From assembly GCA_963837955.1 (NCBI GenBank), contig CAWIPH010000002.1, positions 3,552,001 through 3,616,000 on the forward strand: DNA of 64,000 bases, in the 5' to 3' direction. Numbering within the stretch: the first letter of the stretch is position 1; each line of letters opens with the position of its first letter. Shown here in pieces: positions 1 through 9,616 of this stretch. Source of the stretch: an uncultured Verrucomicrobiae bacterium. Lineage in GTDB: Bacteria; Verrucomicrobiota; Verrucomicrobiia; Chthoniobacterales; JAFAMB01. The notes under the pieces are model-generated. The model was not told the origin of the DNA, did not search any database, and was given only the letters and a program-made list of their open reading frames with translations. The position numbers and the translations under genes were made by a program.

Positions 1-2914
1 CAGAACCATCGACGTCGATTCCACAGTCCGCGGAACTCGTAGCTCGGCAATTTTTTATGATGATCGACGAATTCATAATGATGATTGCGTCGATCTTGAA
101 AAGATTGCCGGCCGCTGGCCGCGCGTCAGCTCCTGTCTGTTCAAAGCTCAACTGTTCTACTTGACCAGATTTGCAATTACGAACCTCGAGCGGAGCATCA
201 TAACTGCTCTGACCAGCCACTCCGGTCGGAGACGCCGAATAACGAACAATCGTTGTCTCCGCGTTTTCGCCCTTTAGGTTTATTCCTTCCTTAAATTTGA
301 GCTTTTCGTTATAAACTCCGGCCCTCACCAGCACGGTATCGCCGGCTTTAGCAGCATCGATAGCTGATTGGATAGCGGCATACTGTTCGGGAACAGCAAG
401 GGTTCTGGCCAAGGAACTTGGGTTTTTCTCCTCCTCGACCGGCTTTTCGTTGCTCTCTTTCTTGACCACTTGCTCCTGCTGGATCTTTTCCGCCGCAGCT
501 TTGAAGAACTGTTGAATCGTGAAATAGCATGCGACAGCCCCAAGGCAGAGTATCAGGAACGTAGCCGCCCCGACCCAAATGATTGGATTCTGCCAAACCG
601 ACTTTGCCGTCCGATCTTTTGGTCGTTTGACGTCACCGAACGGAACCGATCCGCGTTTCAAGTTACTCGCGGAACTCGGCGCCGAAAACGCAGTAGCCGG
701 CAACGGCGGCGGCAAAACGGGAGGTATTACAGTCGATTGTTCGGCCGCCGGCGGACGATCGACCGGCGGGAAGGCGCTACTTCCTGAAGATCGCTGTAAT
801 GGCTCGGGCGAAGCCGAAGCGGATCGACCCAGGATGGCGTTGATGTGGTCGGCAGCTTGTAGAAGGTGCACCTCGAGCGGTGTCGATAACGCGTCCAGCC
901 AATGGATGTTGCCCAGGAAAAACCGAAATGCGCCGGTCGGATCCACTTTCTCGATACGGAAAGGTACCACCGTGACATCGGCGCCAAAGGCGCACTCCAC
1001 CTCCCGCTTGATCTGCTGAGAACGATTGGCGTGAGAGGAGAAGATGAGCAGCATAACGGTTGAGCCGGTGATGGCTTCGACGATCGAATCACCCCAGTCG
1101 GCTCCCGGCGCAATGTCGCGTGGAGCAACCCAACAGCGGATCGATTGCTGCTCAAGAATGGCACAGGCAGCGTCAGCGACTGCTTTATCGTTGCTCGAGT
1201 AACTGATGAAGACATCCTGCGTTTTCGAACTGACGCCCGCAGCCGAGGCCAACGCCCGCTTGAATGCGTTGGCCATTTCGGTCGCTGACCCGAATTCGTC
1301 CACCGCACCTCTCCGCAAAATCACGTTCGCCTCTTCATTGATCTCGGCAAGCGGCGACATCCGCCCAGATGTTTCGACCTGGTTTCTTTGCCCGCCCAGC
1401 AACTCGTAACCGAGCAGACTGAGCAATCGGAGGTAACTGCTTCTTGGGCCAGCAGCGCCGGGGGCGTTAAGCAACGTCACTTCACCTTGCCATGTCGCTG
1501 CGCCCACGGATGTCCCCGAACTCGACTCCACTAATGACAAATCGATTGGATCGACCTTCAGTTCCAACGGCTTCCAAGAATCAAGCCGGCGCTCCGCTAA
1601 CGGGGTCGGGTCATGATCGGCGGATCTGGCAGAACTACGCAAACGAATGCCAGGCAACGTGAGGTCGACTAGTCGCAGACCCTGCCGCTGCGCGTGATCG
1701 GCGAGAGGCGCCAGCCGAGTCAGAAGAATCGCAACTTCCGGAGGAGTCAGCTGTTGGCGGGTTCGCAGGAGATCTTGCAGCGAAAGCCCGAACTCCGCCT
1801 CCTCGACCAGAAAGGTCCGGTCAGCAGTCTCCTCTAACGCATAGACAGTCCGCAACAGCGGGTGTGGTGTATTTCGAACTAGCTCAATTTGGGTCCTCAA
1901 CGCGGCCAGAAAACCTGGACTGGATAGGATGTCGCGATTGAAGATGAAGACTTCGACCGGCTCGTCCGTCCGCTCGTCCAGCGCGTGGAACCATTGTCCT
2001 TGGGGGGTCTCTTCCTGGGGTTCCTTCAGCTTAAAACGCTCGGCTCCAGCCGGAGCGGAAAGATCCCGGAGAGTACCCTCAATCAAGTGGCGGAGTTCGG
2101 CGGCAGTCTGGGGCCGCTTTTCTCGCTCCTTTTCCATCATCCGTTGAACCAACTCAACCACCGACTCCGGCTGGTTCGAGAGCGCTTCCGTCGGAATTGC
2201 TTTGTAGAGATGATAGCTCATCACCTCGCCCGCGGCCCCAGTGAATGGAGGTCTTCCGATCAGGATAAAGAAAAGAGTTGCTCCCAAAGAGTAAATATCC
2301 GAGCGGACGTCCAAATCGCTTTCTCGGATCTGTTCCGGGCTGGCAAACTCGGCCGTGCCGACAAATCCTCCGGCAATCGTGAACGCTCCAGACGCTTCAC
2401 CAGATGGATGGATCTTTTTGGCTAGACCGAAATCAATGATCTTTACGATTTGCTCGTCCTCTTCCTCGGTCAGCATCAAGTTGGCAGGCTTCAGGTCCCT
2501 GTGCACCAGTTGCTGCCGTTCCGCGGCGGCTAACGCCGATGAGATTTGCAACATCAAGCCGAGGGCCTCCCACGGATTGAGCGGTCCGTCACGCTGAATC
2601 TTATCTTTGACGGTGATCCCCTCGATCAACTCCATCACATAAAAGTATTGGTCCTGATCCGTTCCGAGATCGTAGACCGAAGCTATGTTCGGGTGGCGCA
2701 GACCGGCAGCGGAGCGTGCTTCCCGCAAAAATTGTTGGCGGGCGATGTCGTTTCCAAGATAGGCATCGTTGATAATCTTCAGGGCCACCTGGCGCTGTAA
2801 GTTCGTGTCAAACGCCTTGTAGGTCGTGCCCATCGCCCCGGAACCGAGCGCCCATTGCGTTCCATCCGGATGTTGCAAGATCTCGTATTGCTTGTAGCGC
2901 TTGATCTCTGGCAT
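1..2914 (-). CDS. Membrane Ser/Thr protein kinase with second degenerate kinase-like domain, TIR domain, TM helix and C-terminal beta-helix-like domain (3' end outside window)
   Basis: Absent from the ORF track because it runs off the edge. Manual translation from ATG 2914 (MPEIKRYKQYEIL) is open to base 2. Motifs: GSGAMG, VALK, HRDLKPAN, DFG, GTAEFASPE; TIR-type DVFISYSSND...RCWVAPRDIAPGADW...KREV (~835-1216); TM IIWVGAATFLILCLGAVACYFTI (~515-583); VPEQYAAIQSAIDAAKAGDTVLVRAGVYNE. Confidence 0.9.
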   Translation of the reverse strand, partial: MPEIKRYKQYEILQHPDGTQWALGSGAMGTTYKAFDTNLQRQVALKIINDAYLGNDIARQQFLREARSAAGLRHPNIASVYDLGTDQDQYFYVMELIEGITVKDKIQRDGPLNPWEALGLMLQISSALAAAERQQLVHRDLKPANLMLTEEEDEQIVKIIDFGLAKKIHPSGEASGAFTIAGGFVGTAEFASPEQIRESDLDVRSDIYSLGATLFFILIGRPPFTGAAGEVMSYHLYKAIPTEALSNQPESVVELVQRMMEKEREKRPQTAAELRHLIEGTLRDLSAPAGAERFKLKEPQEETPQGQWFHALDERTDEPVEVFIFNRDILSSPGFLAALRTQIELVRNTPHPLLRTVYALEETADRTFLVEEAEFGLSLQDLLRTRQQLTPPEVAILLTRLAPLADHAQRQGLRLVDLTLPGIRLRSSARSADHDPTPLAERRLDSWKPLELKVDPIDLSLVESSSGTSVGAATWQGEVTLLNAPGAAGPRSSYLRLLSLLGYELLGGQRNQVETSGRMSPLAEINEEANVILRRGAVDEFGSATEMANAFKRALASAAGVSSKTQDVFISYSSNDKAVADAACAILEQQSIRCWVAPRDIAPGADWGDSIVEAITGSTVMLLIFSSHANRSQQIKREVECAFGADVTVVPFRIEKVDPTGAFRFFLGNIHWLDALSTPLEVHLLQAADHINAILGRSASASPEPLQRSSGSSAFPPVDRPPAAEQSTVIPPVLPPPLPATAFSAPSSASNLKRGSVPFGDVKRPKDRTAKSVWQNPIIWVGAATFLILCLGAVACYFTIQQFFKAAAEKIQQEQVVKKESNEKPVEEEKNPSSLARTLAVPEQYAAIQSAIDAAKAGDTVLVRAGVYNEKLKFKEGINLKGENAETTIVRYSASPTGVAGQSSYDAPLEVRNCKSGQVEQLSFEQTGADARPAAGNLFKIDAIIIMNSSIIIKNCRATSSADCGIDVDGS

Positions 2915-3014
2915 ACAGGTCCGCTTCGGAAGAGCTGAGTTTTAGGTTAAAATGGGTGCTCTTCAAGGCAGAAAAGCGATACCAGCGGTATCTATCGCAA
3001 CGGATCCCAAAACG

Positions 3015-4148
3015 CTAGATTCGGGCAACGTCTTGCCCAAGCTCATGCAATATCGCTTCGGCTGCACGATGACCTGCTTCTCCTTCCGCTAGCTGAAGGA
3101 TAATCTCGTCCATCGATTTGATCATAGTCGTCCGAGTCGCTTCGTCCGAATAAAGTGACCAAACCGATTCGGCGATCCGTTCCGGAACAGCATGGTGTTG
3201 GACAAATTCCGGAATAATCGGCGGTTTAGCCGCCAGAATATTTGGCATTCCAAGATAATTGATCTTCACCAGCAATCGCCCGGGGACGAAGGTAAACCAC
3301 GAAACTTTGTACAGTAGAACAAACGGAAACCGGAAAAAACTCGCTTCCATCGTGGCAGTGCCGGAAGCAATCATTCCAATGGACGCCCGTTGCATCAGCT
3401 CGTTCGCGTGACGCACTTTGATAGGAATACCAGGAAAGCCGCTCCGACGAGCAACCTCCTCGATTATTTCGCGCAACTTCTCCGATGCCGCCGAGATTTC
3501 GAAAAGGATGGAAGGATCTCGCTCCAACAAGATGCGGGCGGCTTCCAGCATGATCGGCAGTATCCGGCGCACCTCTCGTTCGCGACTTCCCGGCAGCAGG
3601 CCAATCAGGTGGGGATCACGCTGCACCGATATTCGCTTCGCCTCGAGCTCTGCGATCATCGGATGGCCGACAAACTCCGTGCGTAAGCCGCTCGCCTCAT
3701 ACAGTGGCTTTTCGAATGGGAAGATGCACATCATCAGATCGAGATACTTCGCCATTTTCGGAATCCGCCCCCGATTCCAGGCCCACACCTGAGGGCTAAT
3801 GTAATAGATCTTTTTGCCGGGATAGCCCTTGCGGTGCAAGTAATCTGCCAACCGAAGATTGAATCCGGGATAATCTACGAAAATCACCGCGTCTGGCAGG
3901 AGTCGGCTGATCTCCCGGAACATCCGGTTGAACTGCGCACGAAAGTACGGGTATTTCAGCAACACATCCCAGAGACCGACGACAGCTTCGTGGGCCCATT
4001 CGAAGATCTGCGAGCCACCTACCTCCCGCATCCTTGGACCGCCGGCACCGTAAAATTGAATGTCTGGCCGCAACGATTGCAGTTCATGCATCAGTACCGC
4101 GGCGTGCGCGTCGCCACTAGACTCCCCTGCTATGACGTAAAGCTTCAT
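3015..4148 (-). CDS. lpxB: Lipid-A-disaccharide synthase
   Basis: IAGESSGD, DYPGFNLRLA, YYISPQVWAW, FVGHP and LLPGSR motifs. Confidence 0.96.
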   Translation of the reverse strand: MKLYVIAGESSGDAHAAVLMHELQSLRPDIQFYGAGGPRMREVGGSQIFEWAHEAVVGLWDVLLKYPYFRAQFNRMFREISRLLPDAVIFVDYPGFNLRLADYLHRKGYPGKKIYYISPQVWAWNRGRIPKMAKYLDLMMCIFPFEKPLYEASGLRTEFVGHPMIAELEAKRISVQRDPHLIGLLPGSREREVRRILPIMLEAARILLERDPSILFEISAASEKLREIIEEVARRSGFPGIPIKVRHANELMQRASIGMIASGTATMEASFFRFPFVLLYKVSWFTFVPGRLLVKINYLGMPNILAAKPPIIPEFVQHHAVPERIAESVWSLYSDEATRTTMIKSMDEIILQLAEGEAGHRAAEAILHELGQDVARI

Positions 4149-4199
4149 GAACTACCTGCTGTGGACGATAGCGAATTTCTAAAATCCGCCCAGCGGGAA

Positions 4200-5138
4200 T
4201 CACCGTTGTTGGCTGGCAAGAAAGGCTCCGATCAATTCCGTAATTTCGGTGGCTAATTCTAAGGCGGCAGTGGCTCCGGAACCCGAGACTACCGGTTGCA
4301 GTCCGCGGCGCGCGCACTCGACAAAGGACTGCAGTTCTCGTTTTAACGGCTCCTCTTTTTCGATGGCTACGGTTTCTCGAGTTATCTGCCCATCAATTAG
4401 GCGAAAAATTTCTCCGGCTTGTGCCTGGTAATCTAGTGAAAGATAAGCGTCCTCCTGGAAAACGCGGATCTTGCGCATTTTTTCCGGACTGATTCGGCTG
4501 GCCGTCACGTTGGCCACGCAGCCGTTCTCAAAGCGGATACGAGCATTTGCGATATCTTCTCCCTTACTGAGAACGGGGACACCGACCGCATCGATACTCT
4601 GCACCGGAGAACGGACTAGATGCAAAATGATTTCCAAATCATGGATCATCAGATCCAGGACCACGCCGATCTCGACACTACGAAAAGGGTATGGCGTGAG
4701 CCGATGCGATTCAATGAATCGAGGACGAGTGAGTCGCTGTTCAAGGGCGCTCAGCACCGGGTTAAATCGTTCAATATGGCCAACCTGAAGGATCAATGAG
4801 CCTTCTCGGGCCAGCCGGACCAGCTCTTCGGCTTGAACCGGCGTTTCGGTGATCGGTTTTTCAATCAAGACATGCTTTCCGCGCGCGAGGAGTGCTTTCC
4901 CGATCTCGTAGTGAACCGCGGTCGGCGCCGCTACCGTAGCGACGTCGATTAACGAAATAAATTCATCCAACGAATGGGCGACCTTCGCTCCATACTCGGC
5001 AGCGATTGCTTCAGCTGATTCACGATTGATATCAAACACCGCAGAGAACTGCGCATCCGGCAATTCGGCGTAGATGCGGGCATGGTTTTTCCCGATGCTG
5101 CCGACACCTACAACTCCGACTCTGATTAACTCGCTCAT
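4200..5138 (-). CDS. Gfo/Idh/MocA oxidoreductase, probably GnnA-like UDP-GlcNAc 3-dehydrogenase
   Basis: GVGSIG, HVLIEKP, VGHIERFNP and DLMIHD motifs; lies between lpxI and lpxB. Confidence 0.85.
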   Translation of the reverse strand: MSELIRVGVVGVGSIGKNHARIYAELPDAQFSAVFDINRESAEAIAAEYGAKVAHSLDEFISLIDVATVAAPTAVHYEIGKALLARGKHVLIEKPITETPVQAEELVRLAREGSLILQVGHIERFNPVLSALEQRLTRPRFIESHRLTPYPFRSVEIGVVLDLMIHDLEIILHLVRSPVQSIDAVGVPVLSKGEDIANARIRFENGCVANVTASRISPEKMRKIRVFQEDAYLSLDYQAQAGEIFRLIDGQITRETVAIEKEEPLKRELQSFVECARRGLQPVVSGSGATAALELATEITELIGAFLASQQR

Positions 5139-5950
5139 TCGCTCATTCCGTAAATCGAAACTTGATGCTGCTGCGCGGCAGTCTCGACGGCAGGCCGGTC
5201 AAGCAACAGGGTCTTCCCAGCCTCAACTGCCATCAGCTTTACACCCGTCTCGGCCGCAACTTCAATCGTCTGACAGCCAATAACCGGAACATCGAACCGA
5301 AAATCCTGGTTTGGTTTGGATACTTTGACAACCACAGCCAGCCCTTTACCGAGGGCGGCGCCCCGTCGAATCGCTTCATTCGTTCCTTCAAATGCTTCGA
5401 CTGCCAAAACGGTACCATGACGGATGACAACCGTCTGGCCGATGTCCAAACGGCTTACTTCTTTGGCGATGGTAAATCCGTATGCGGCATCGTCCAAGAG
5501 GCGTCGCTTCGCCTTTGGTCCGGCCAACCAACCGGCACCGGCCAGCGACTCCTCCAAAAACGTCGTCGCCGGCAGCAGCGTAACGCCTGCATTGGCCAAT
5601 TCCGTCGCTACTCCTCCAAAAAGGGTCTCCGCATTTCGTTTTTTGAGCGTACTTAACAACATCAGCACCTTAAGATCTGGTCGAAGCTCGAACAAATTCT
5701 TCGGCGCAATCTGCCCTGCCATTATTGCGTGCTGCGCGCCCACCCGATTGAAATATTTTAATAATCGGCTGAGTTGTCCCACGCGCAGCCATTCTATCGT
5801 GTCGGCCGAATCTGCCAAATCGGGACGAGTCTCATTCTCAAACGCAGCCACATGGATCTCGCGAACGCCCTGCTGGCGAGCCGCGCGAGCTACCAACAAC
5901 GGATAGATGCCGTTACCGGCTATAAGTCCAAGAGTGGCTATCTCTGACAT
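5135..5950 (-). CDS. lpxI: UDP-2,3-diacylglucosamine pyrophosphatase LpxI
   Basis: LGLIAGNG, DIGQTVV, AVEAFEGT and QDFRFDVPVIG motifs; lipid A context. Confidence 0.92.
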   Translation of the reverse strand: MSEIATLGLIAGNGIYPLLVARAARQQGVREIHVAAFENETRPDLADSADTIEWLRVGQLSRLLKYFNRVGAQHAIMAGQIAPKNLFELRPDLKVLMLLSTLKKRNAETLFGGVATELANAGVTLLPATTFLEESLAGAGWLAGPKAKRRLLDDAAYGFTIAKEVSRLDIGQTVVIRHGTVLAVEAFEGTNEAIRRGAALGKGLAVVVKVSKPNQDFRFDVPVIGCQTIEVAAETGVKLMAVEAGKTLLLDRPAVETAAQQHQVSIYGMSE

Positions 5951-5991
5951 GCAGAGTCTTAGGTGGTCTGGGTATCATGGGCAGTCAAGCG

Positions 5992-6819
5992 CTACGACGG
6001 ATTCAATTGCCCGGTGAACGTCCAAAAATTTTCGCCAAACTCAGCCTGGAATCGCTGCCGCAACGCTTCGGCCGCTGCGGGACTGCGAGTGATGGCAAAC
6101 ATTGTCGAACCGGATCCTGACATTAACGTGATCTCTGTCTCAGGTTGATTTCGAAACCATAATTTTATTTCCGGGAGCAGCAAATACTTAGGAAAAACCG
6201 CGGGTTCCAAATCATTGCGCAGAGGACCCCAAGCTGACTCCACTTTCTCTCCCCGTTTCCCCTTCTCTGGCAACTTGGTGTACGCAGCGTAAGCGCCTGC
6301 GGTGGATACGACGAAGCCGGGCTTCACCAAGCAGATCCAGCGATCGTCCGGAAACTCTCGCGGTTCCATTTTTTCGCCCCGTCCCGTACACCAGGCCGAC
6401 CGACTTTCGACAAAAAAAGCGACGTCCGAACCCAGCTCGGCCGCGATCGCTCGCAAAGCTTCCAACGGAAGCGCGTCCCCCGCCATGCGATTCAATAGCC
6501 GAAGGGTTGCCGCTGCGTCGCTGCTACCGCCTCCCAATCCAGCTCCGAGGGGAATGTTCTTTTCCAAAACAATCCGGTAAAGCCGCCGGTCTCCACTCAC
6601 TTTTTGGAAGGCGTCGACAGCCCGGATTACCAAGTTCGAATCATCGCTCCGTAACCCTGGGACATTTGATTCAAAAGAAAACTCAGTGGCAGGTTCGATC
6701 GCTAGAATGTCATATAGGGCAATCGGGGTCATCCAGGTGGCCAATTCATGGAAGCCGTCCGAGCGTATGCCGAGAATCTCGAGGGTAAGATTAATCTTGG
6801 CCGGAGTGAATATCCTCAT
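5992..6819 (-). CDS. ispE: 4-diphosphocytidyl-2-C-methyl-D-erythritol kinase
   Basis: PAKINL, KNIPLGAGLGGGSSDAA, GSDVAFF and MSGSGS motifs. Confidence 0.96.
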   Translation of the reverse strand: MRIFTPAKINLTLEILGIRSDGFHELATWMTPIALYDILAIEPATEFSFESNVPGLRSDDSNLVIRAVDAFQKVSGDRRLYRIVLEKNIPLGAGLGGGSSDAAATLRLLNRMAGDALPLEALRAIAAELGSDVAFFVESRSAWCTGRGEKMEPREFPDDRWICLVKPGFVVSTAGAYAAYTKLPEKGKRGEKVESAWGPLRNDLEPAVFPKYLLLPEIKLWFRNQPETEITLMSGSGSTMFAITRSPAAAEALRQRFQAEFGENFWTFTGQLNPS

Positions 6820-7546
6820 GCAAGGTCATCCTGTGAAAGATCTCTTACGGGCTAAAGAGAAAATTATCGTTCCGCTGGATGTTGCTTCCGCGGAAGAAGC
6901 ACGAGTCCTGGTGCAGCGACTCGTAGGCCAGGTGGGATGGTTCAAAGTGGGACTACAACTGTTCACGACAATGGGTCCAGCAATCGTGGAAGAGATCAAA
7001 AATGGCGGTGCAAAGGTTTTTCTCGACCTGAAATTTCATGACATCCCCAACACGGTGTTGCAAGCGGTCCGATCGGCCTGTGCCTTGGGAGCGGATATGC
7101 TGACGATCCACCTAGCCGGCGGTTCCGAAATGTGTCGAGCCGCGGTCGAAGGCAGTGCGGGATCGTCCGCCTTACTTCTGGGAGTTACGGTACTGACGAG
7201 TCAAAACGAGCGGGTTCTGGCTGAGGTAGGGACCAAGGCAAATGTAACGGAGCAGGTGCTCCTGCTGGCGACCCTGGCAAAGGCTGCAAGCATCACCGGT
7301 CTGGTAGCGAGTCCACACGAAATTGCGCCGCTCCGCGAACGGTTTGGGTCGTATTTCACGATAGTCACGCCCGGTGTTCGGCCAATCGGAGCCGATCGAG
7401 GAGATCAAAAACGAGTGATGACTCCGGCCGAAGCACTCAAAGCCGGTTCCGACTTTTTGGTGATCGGACGTCCAATCACCGCAGCACCGGACCCGGTGAC
7501 GGCACTGAACCGGATTATCGAAGAGTTGGCGTGCAGTGCGCAGTAA
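6818..7546 (+). CDS. pyrF: Orotidine-5'-phosphate decarboxylase (start ATG 6818 or GTG 6833)
   Basis: FLDLKFHDIPNT, VTPGVRP, DQKR and VIGRPI motifs; the ORF-track start at 6686 lies inside ispE. Confidence 0.95.
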   Translation: MQGHPVKDLLRAKEKIIVPLDVASAEEARVLVQRLVGQVGWFKVGLQLFTTMGPAIVEEIKNGGAKVFLDLKFHDIPNTVLQAVRSACALGADMLTIHLAGGSEMCRAAVEGSAGSSALLLGVTVLTSQNERVLAEVGTKANVTEQVLLLATLAKAASITGLVASPHEIAPLRERFGSYFTIVTPGVRPIGADRGDQKRVMTPAEALKAGSDFLVIGRPITAAPDPVTALNRIIEELACSAQ

Positions 7547-7795
7547 GCAGTAATCGGGGAGCCGATACGCCGAAGGCGTTAAAGGACTCAGCCCGGGGTG
7601 GAGGCTTTGCGCAACCCCGGGGGTAACCCCAAAAATGCGCGTCCGCTCTGAAAGAGCGCAAGAAATCAAGATTACCTCAAACCCAATTGTCACGCGCTTT
7701 CAGCGCTGATCGGTTATTGACCCTGTTCCTAAGCCTTCACCCTAGGCTATCCTGAAACCGCCTTCGGCGCTTTGCTCACCGCTTACTGCTTACTG
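7541..7795. repeat. Long imperfect palindromic REP/MITE-like element between convergent genes
   Basis: Ends CAGTAAGCAGTAA / TTACTGCTTACTG; inner arms CGCCGAAGGCG / CGCCTTCGGCG, AGCCCGGGGTGGAGGCT / AGCCTTCACCCTAGGCT and GCTCTGAAAGAGCGC / GCGCTTTCAGCGC. Confidence 0.8.
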
Positions 7796-7799
7796 GATC

Positions 7800-8294
7800 T
7801 CACGTCAGTACCAAATCATACCGGACCTCAGCGCTCTCCCGTCCCCAAGCCAATGTCTTCTTCACTTCGGTCTGTCTAAATCCAAGCGAAGAATAAATAG
7901 AAATCGCTCGGTCCAGACCTTGAACGGTCCATAAGAACACCGTCCGAAAACCCGATGTACGGCAATAGCGCACAGACTCTTCCACCAGCCAACGCCCGAG
8001 CCCACAACCCCGAATAGACGCATCAACAAATAGCAACCGAAGCTGAGCCTGGTTTTCCGGTAGCTCAAAGATAAAGACCGACCCGACTACTGACCCCTTT
8101 TGTTTGGCCAACCAAACCTTTGATCGATCGCCTGTCGATTCGAGAATGAAGGCCGCTGCGATCTTCGCACAATAAGCCTCGTGCACAGCATTGAATTTGT
8201 AATCCTGGAAGTTCTGGACTCCGTGAATCAAAATCAGCTGGCCCAAATCGCCCGGTTCGAAAGTATGATGAATGGATATGCCGGATTGCAGCAT
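7800..8294 (-). CDS. GNAT family N-acetyltransferase
   Basis: QLRLLFVD...RGCGLGRWL acetyl-CoA motif; YSSLGF. Confidence 0.9.
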   Translation of the reverse strand: MLQSGISIHHTFEPGDLGQLILIHGVQNFQDYKFNAVHEAYCAKIAAAFILESTGDRSKVWLAKQKGSVVGSVFIFELPENQAQLRLLFVDASIRGCGLGRWLVEESVRYCRTSGFRTVFLWTVQGLDRAISIYSSLGFRQTEVKKTLAWGRESAEVRYDLVLT

Positions 8295-8372
8295 CTTTGC
8301 CGACGCGACGCTTCGGCAAATTGAGTCGATTCGAGGCGATCCATATGCGGGGCGAGGGCGATCTCTTGAGCT

Positions 8373-9167
8373 TTAGGCTATGGCGCGCACAACACCCCCA
8401 TCCACGCGCAATGCGGCACCATTCGTAGCCGACGCCGCGGCGCTGGAAACGTAGACAACAAGATTGGCGACCTCTTCAGTTGAAGCAAAGCGCTTTAGCA
8501 GGCTCGTTGGACGCATCTTTTCGAAAAATTGCTTTTCGAATTCGGCCGTTGATTGGTTCGACTGTTTGGCCAGTCCTTCCACGAAATCGGACACGCCTTC
8601 AGATGCAGTCGGCCCAGGTAAGATCGCGTTCACGGTGACGCCTGTTCCCACGGTGAGTTCAGCGAGCCCTCGGGAGACTGCTAGCTGTGCAGTCTTCGTT
8701 GTGCCGTAATGGATCATCTCCGGAGGAATCTGCAGCGCGGACTCACTCGAGATAAATATGATTCTTCCCCAATCCTTCTTGAGCATGCGAGGGAGGTAAA
8801 AACGCGATAGTCGTACGCCAGAAAGCACGTTGACTTCGAAGAAGTGCATCCACTCTTGATCACTGATCTCCGTGAATGGTTTGGGCTCAAAAATTCCGAG
8901 GTTATTTATCAAAATATCGAGCTCGGAATACAACTGGGTCAACTTAGCTGCAGTATCAGCTAAACTGAGATCCCCCACAAAAGCTTCGATCTCCGCCGAA
9001 CCATGTTGCTTTTTGATTACGTCGATAGCGCGATTTACGCGATCTTCCGACCTCCCATTGATGATCACCCGCGTTCCTTCGCGAGCTAACCCCTTCGCTA
9101 TGGCAAAACCGATTCCGGCTGTGGAACCGGTCACCAAAGCCAATTTCCCACTCAGCTGTAGGTCCAT
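8373..9167 (-). CDS. SDR family oxidoreductase
   Basis: TGSTAGIG, NNLG, ISSES and YGTTK motifs. Confidence 0.93.
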   Translation of the reverse strand: MDLQLSGKLALVTGSTAGIGFAIAKGLAREGTRVIINGRSEDRVNRAIDVIKKQHGSAEIEAFVGDLSLADTAAKLTQLYSELDILINNLGIFEPKPFTEISDQEWMHFFEVNVLSGVRLSRFYLPRMLKKDWGRIIFISSESALQIPPEMIHYGTTKTAQLAVSRGLAELTVGTGVTVNAILPGPTASEGVSDFVEGLAKQSNQSTAEFEKQFFEKMRPTSLLKRFASTEEVANLVVYVSSAAASATNGAALRVDGGVVRAIA

Positions 9168-9190
9168 AATTCCGTCCGAGCTGGGGTCAC

Positions 9191-9616
9191 TTATTCAACG
9201 CCAATCTGGACGTCAATGTTGCCTCGCGTCGCGTTGGAGTATGGACAAATTTGGTGAGCTGCCTGGACGATTTTCTCCGCTTGAGCCCGATCCACTCCCG
9301 GGAGATGCACAAGCAGTTTCACAGCCAAACCGAATCCGCCCGTGCCGGTTTTGCCAAGAGTCACGTCCGAGTGCACCGTCACATCTTTCAGCGGCACATG
9401 TTGTTGGCCACTAACCACTTTGACGGCCTGACCGAAACAAGAGGCATAGCCTAAAGCGAACAACTGCTCTGGATTTGTTGCGCCCGGCTTTGGATTTCCG
9501 CCCAATTCTTTCGGAGGACTGAATGTGACCTTCACGTTGTCATCCGAAGTCTCGCCATGACCTTCTCGCCCGGAAGTTACAGTCGCCGATGCTACGTAGA
9601 GTGGTTGTAATGTCAT
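9191..9616 (-). CDS. ohr: Organic hydroperoxide resistance protein
   Basis: GREG, TNPEQLFALGYASCF and AHQICPYSNATRGN motifs; start trimmed to ATG 9616. Confidence 0.93.
   Translation of the reverse strand: MTLQPLYVASATVTSGREGHGETSDDNVKVTFSPPKELGGNPKPGATNPEQLFALGYASCFGQAVKVVSGQQHVPLKDVTVHSDVTLGKTGTGGFGLAVKLLVHLPGVDRAQAEKIVQAAHQICPYSNATRGNIDVQIGVE

Noticed and set aside
325..2800. Short ORFs listed over the first 2.8 kb
   Set aside because: Shadow frames of the long minus-strand kinase-TIR gene.
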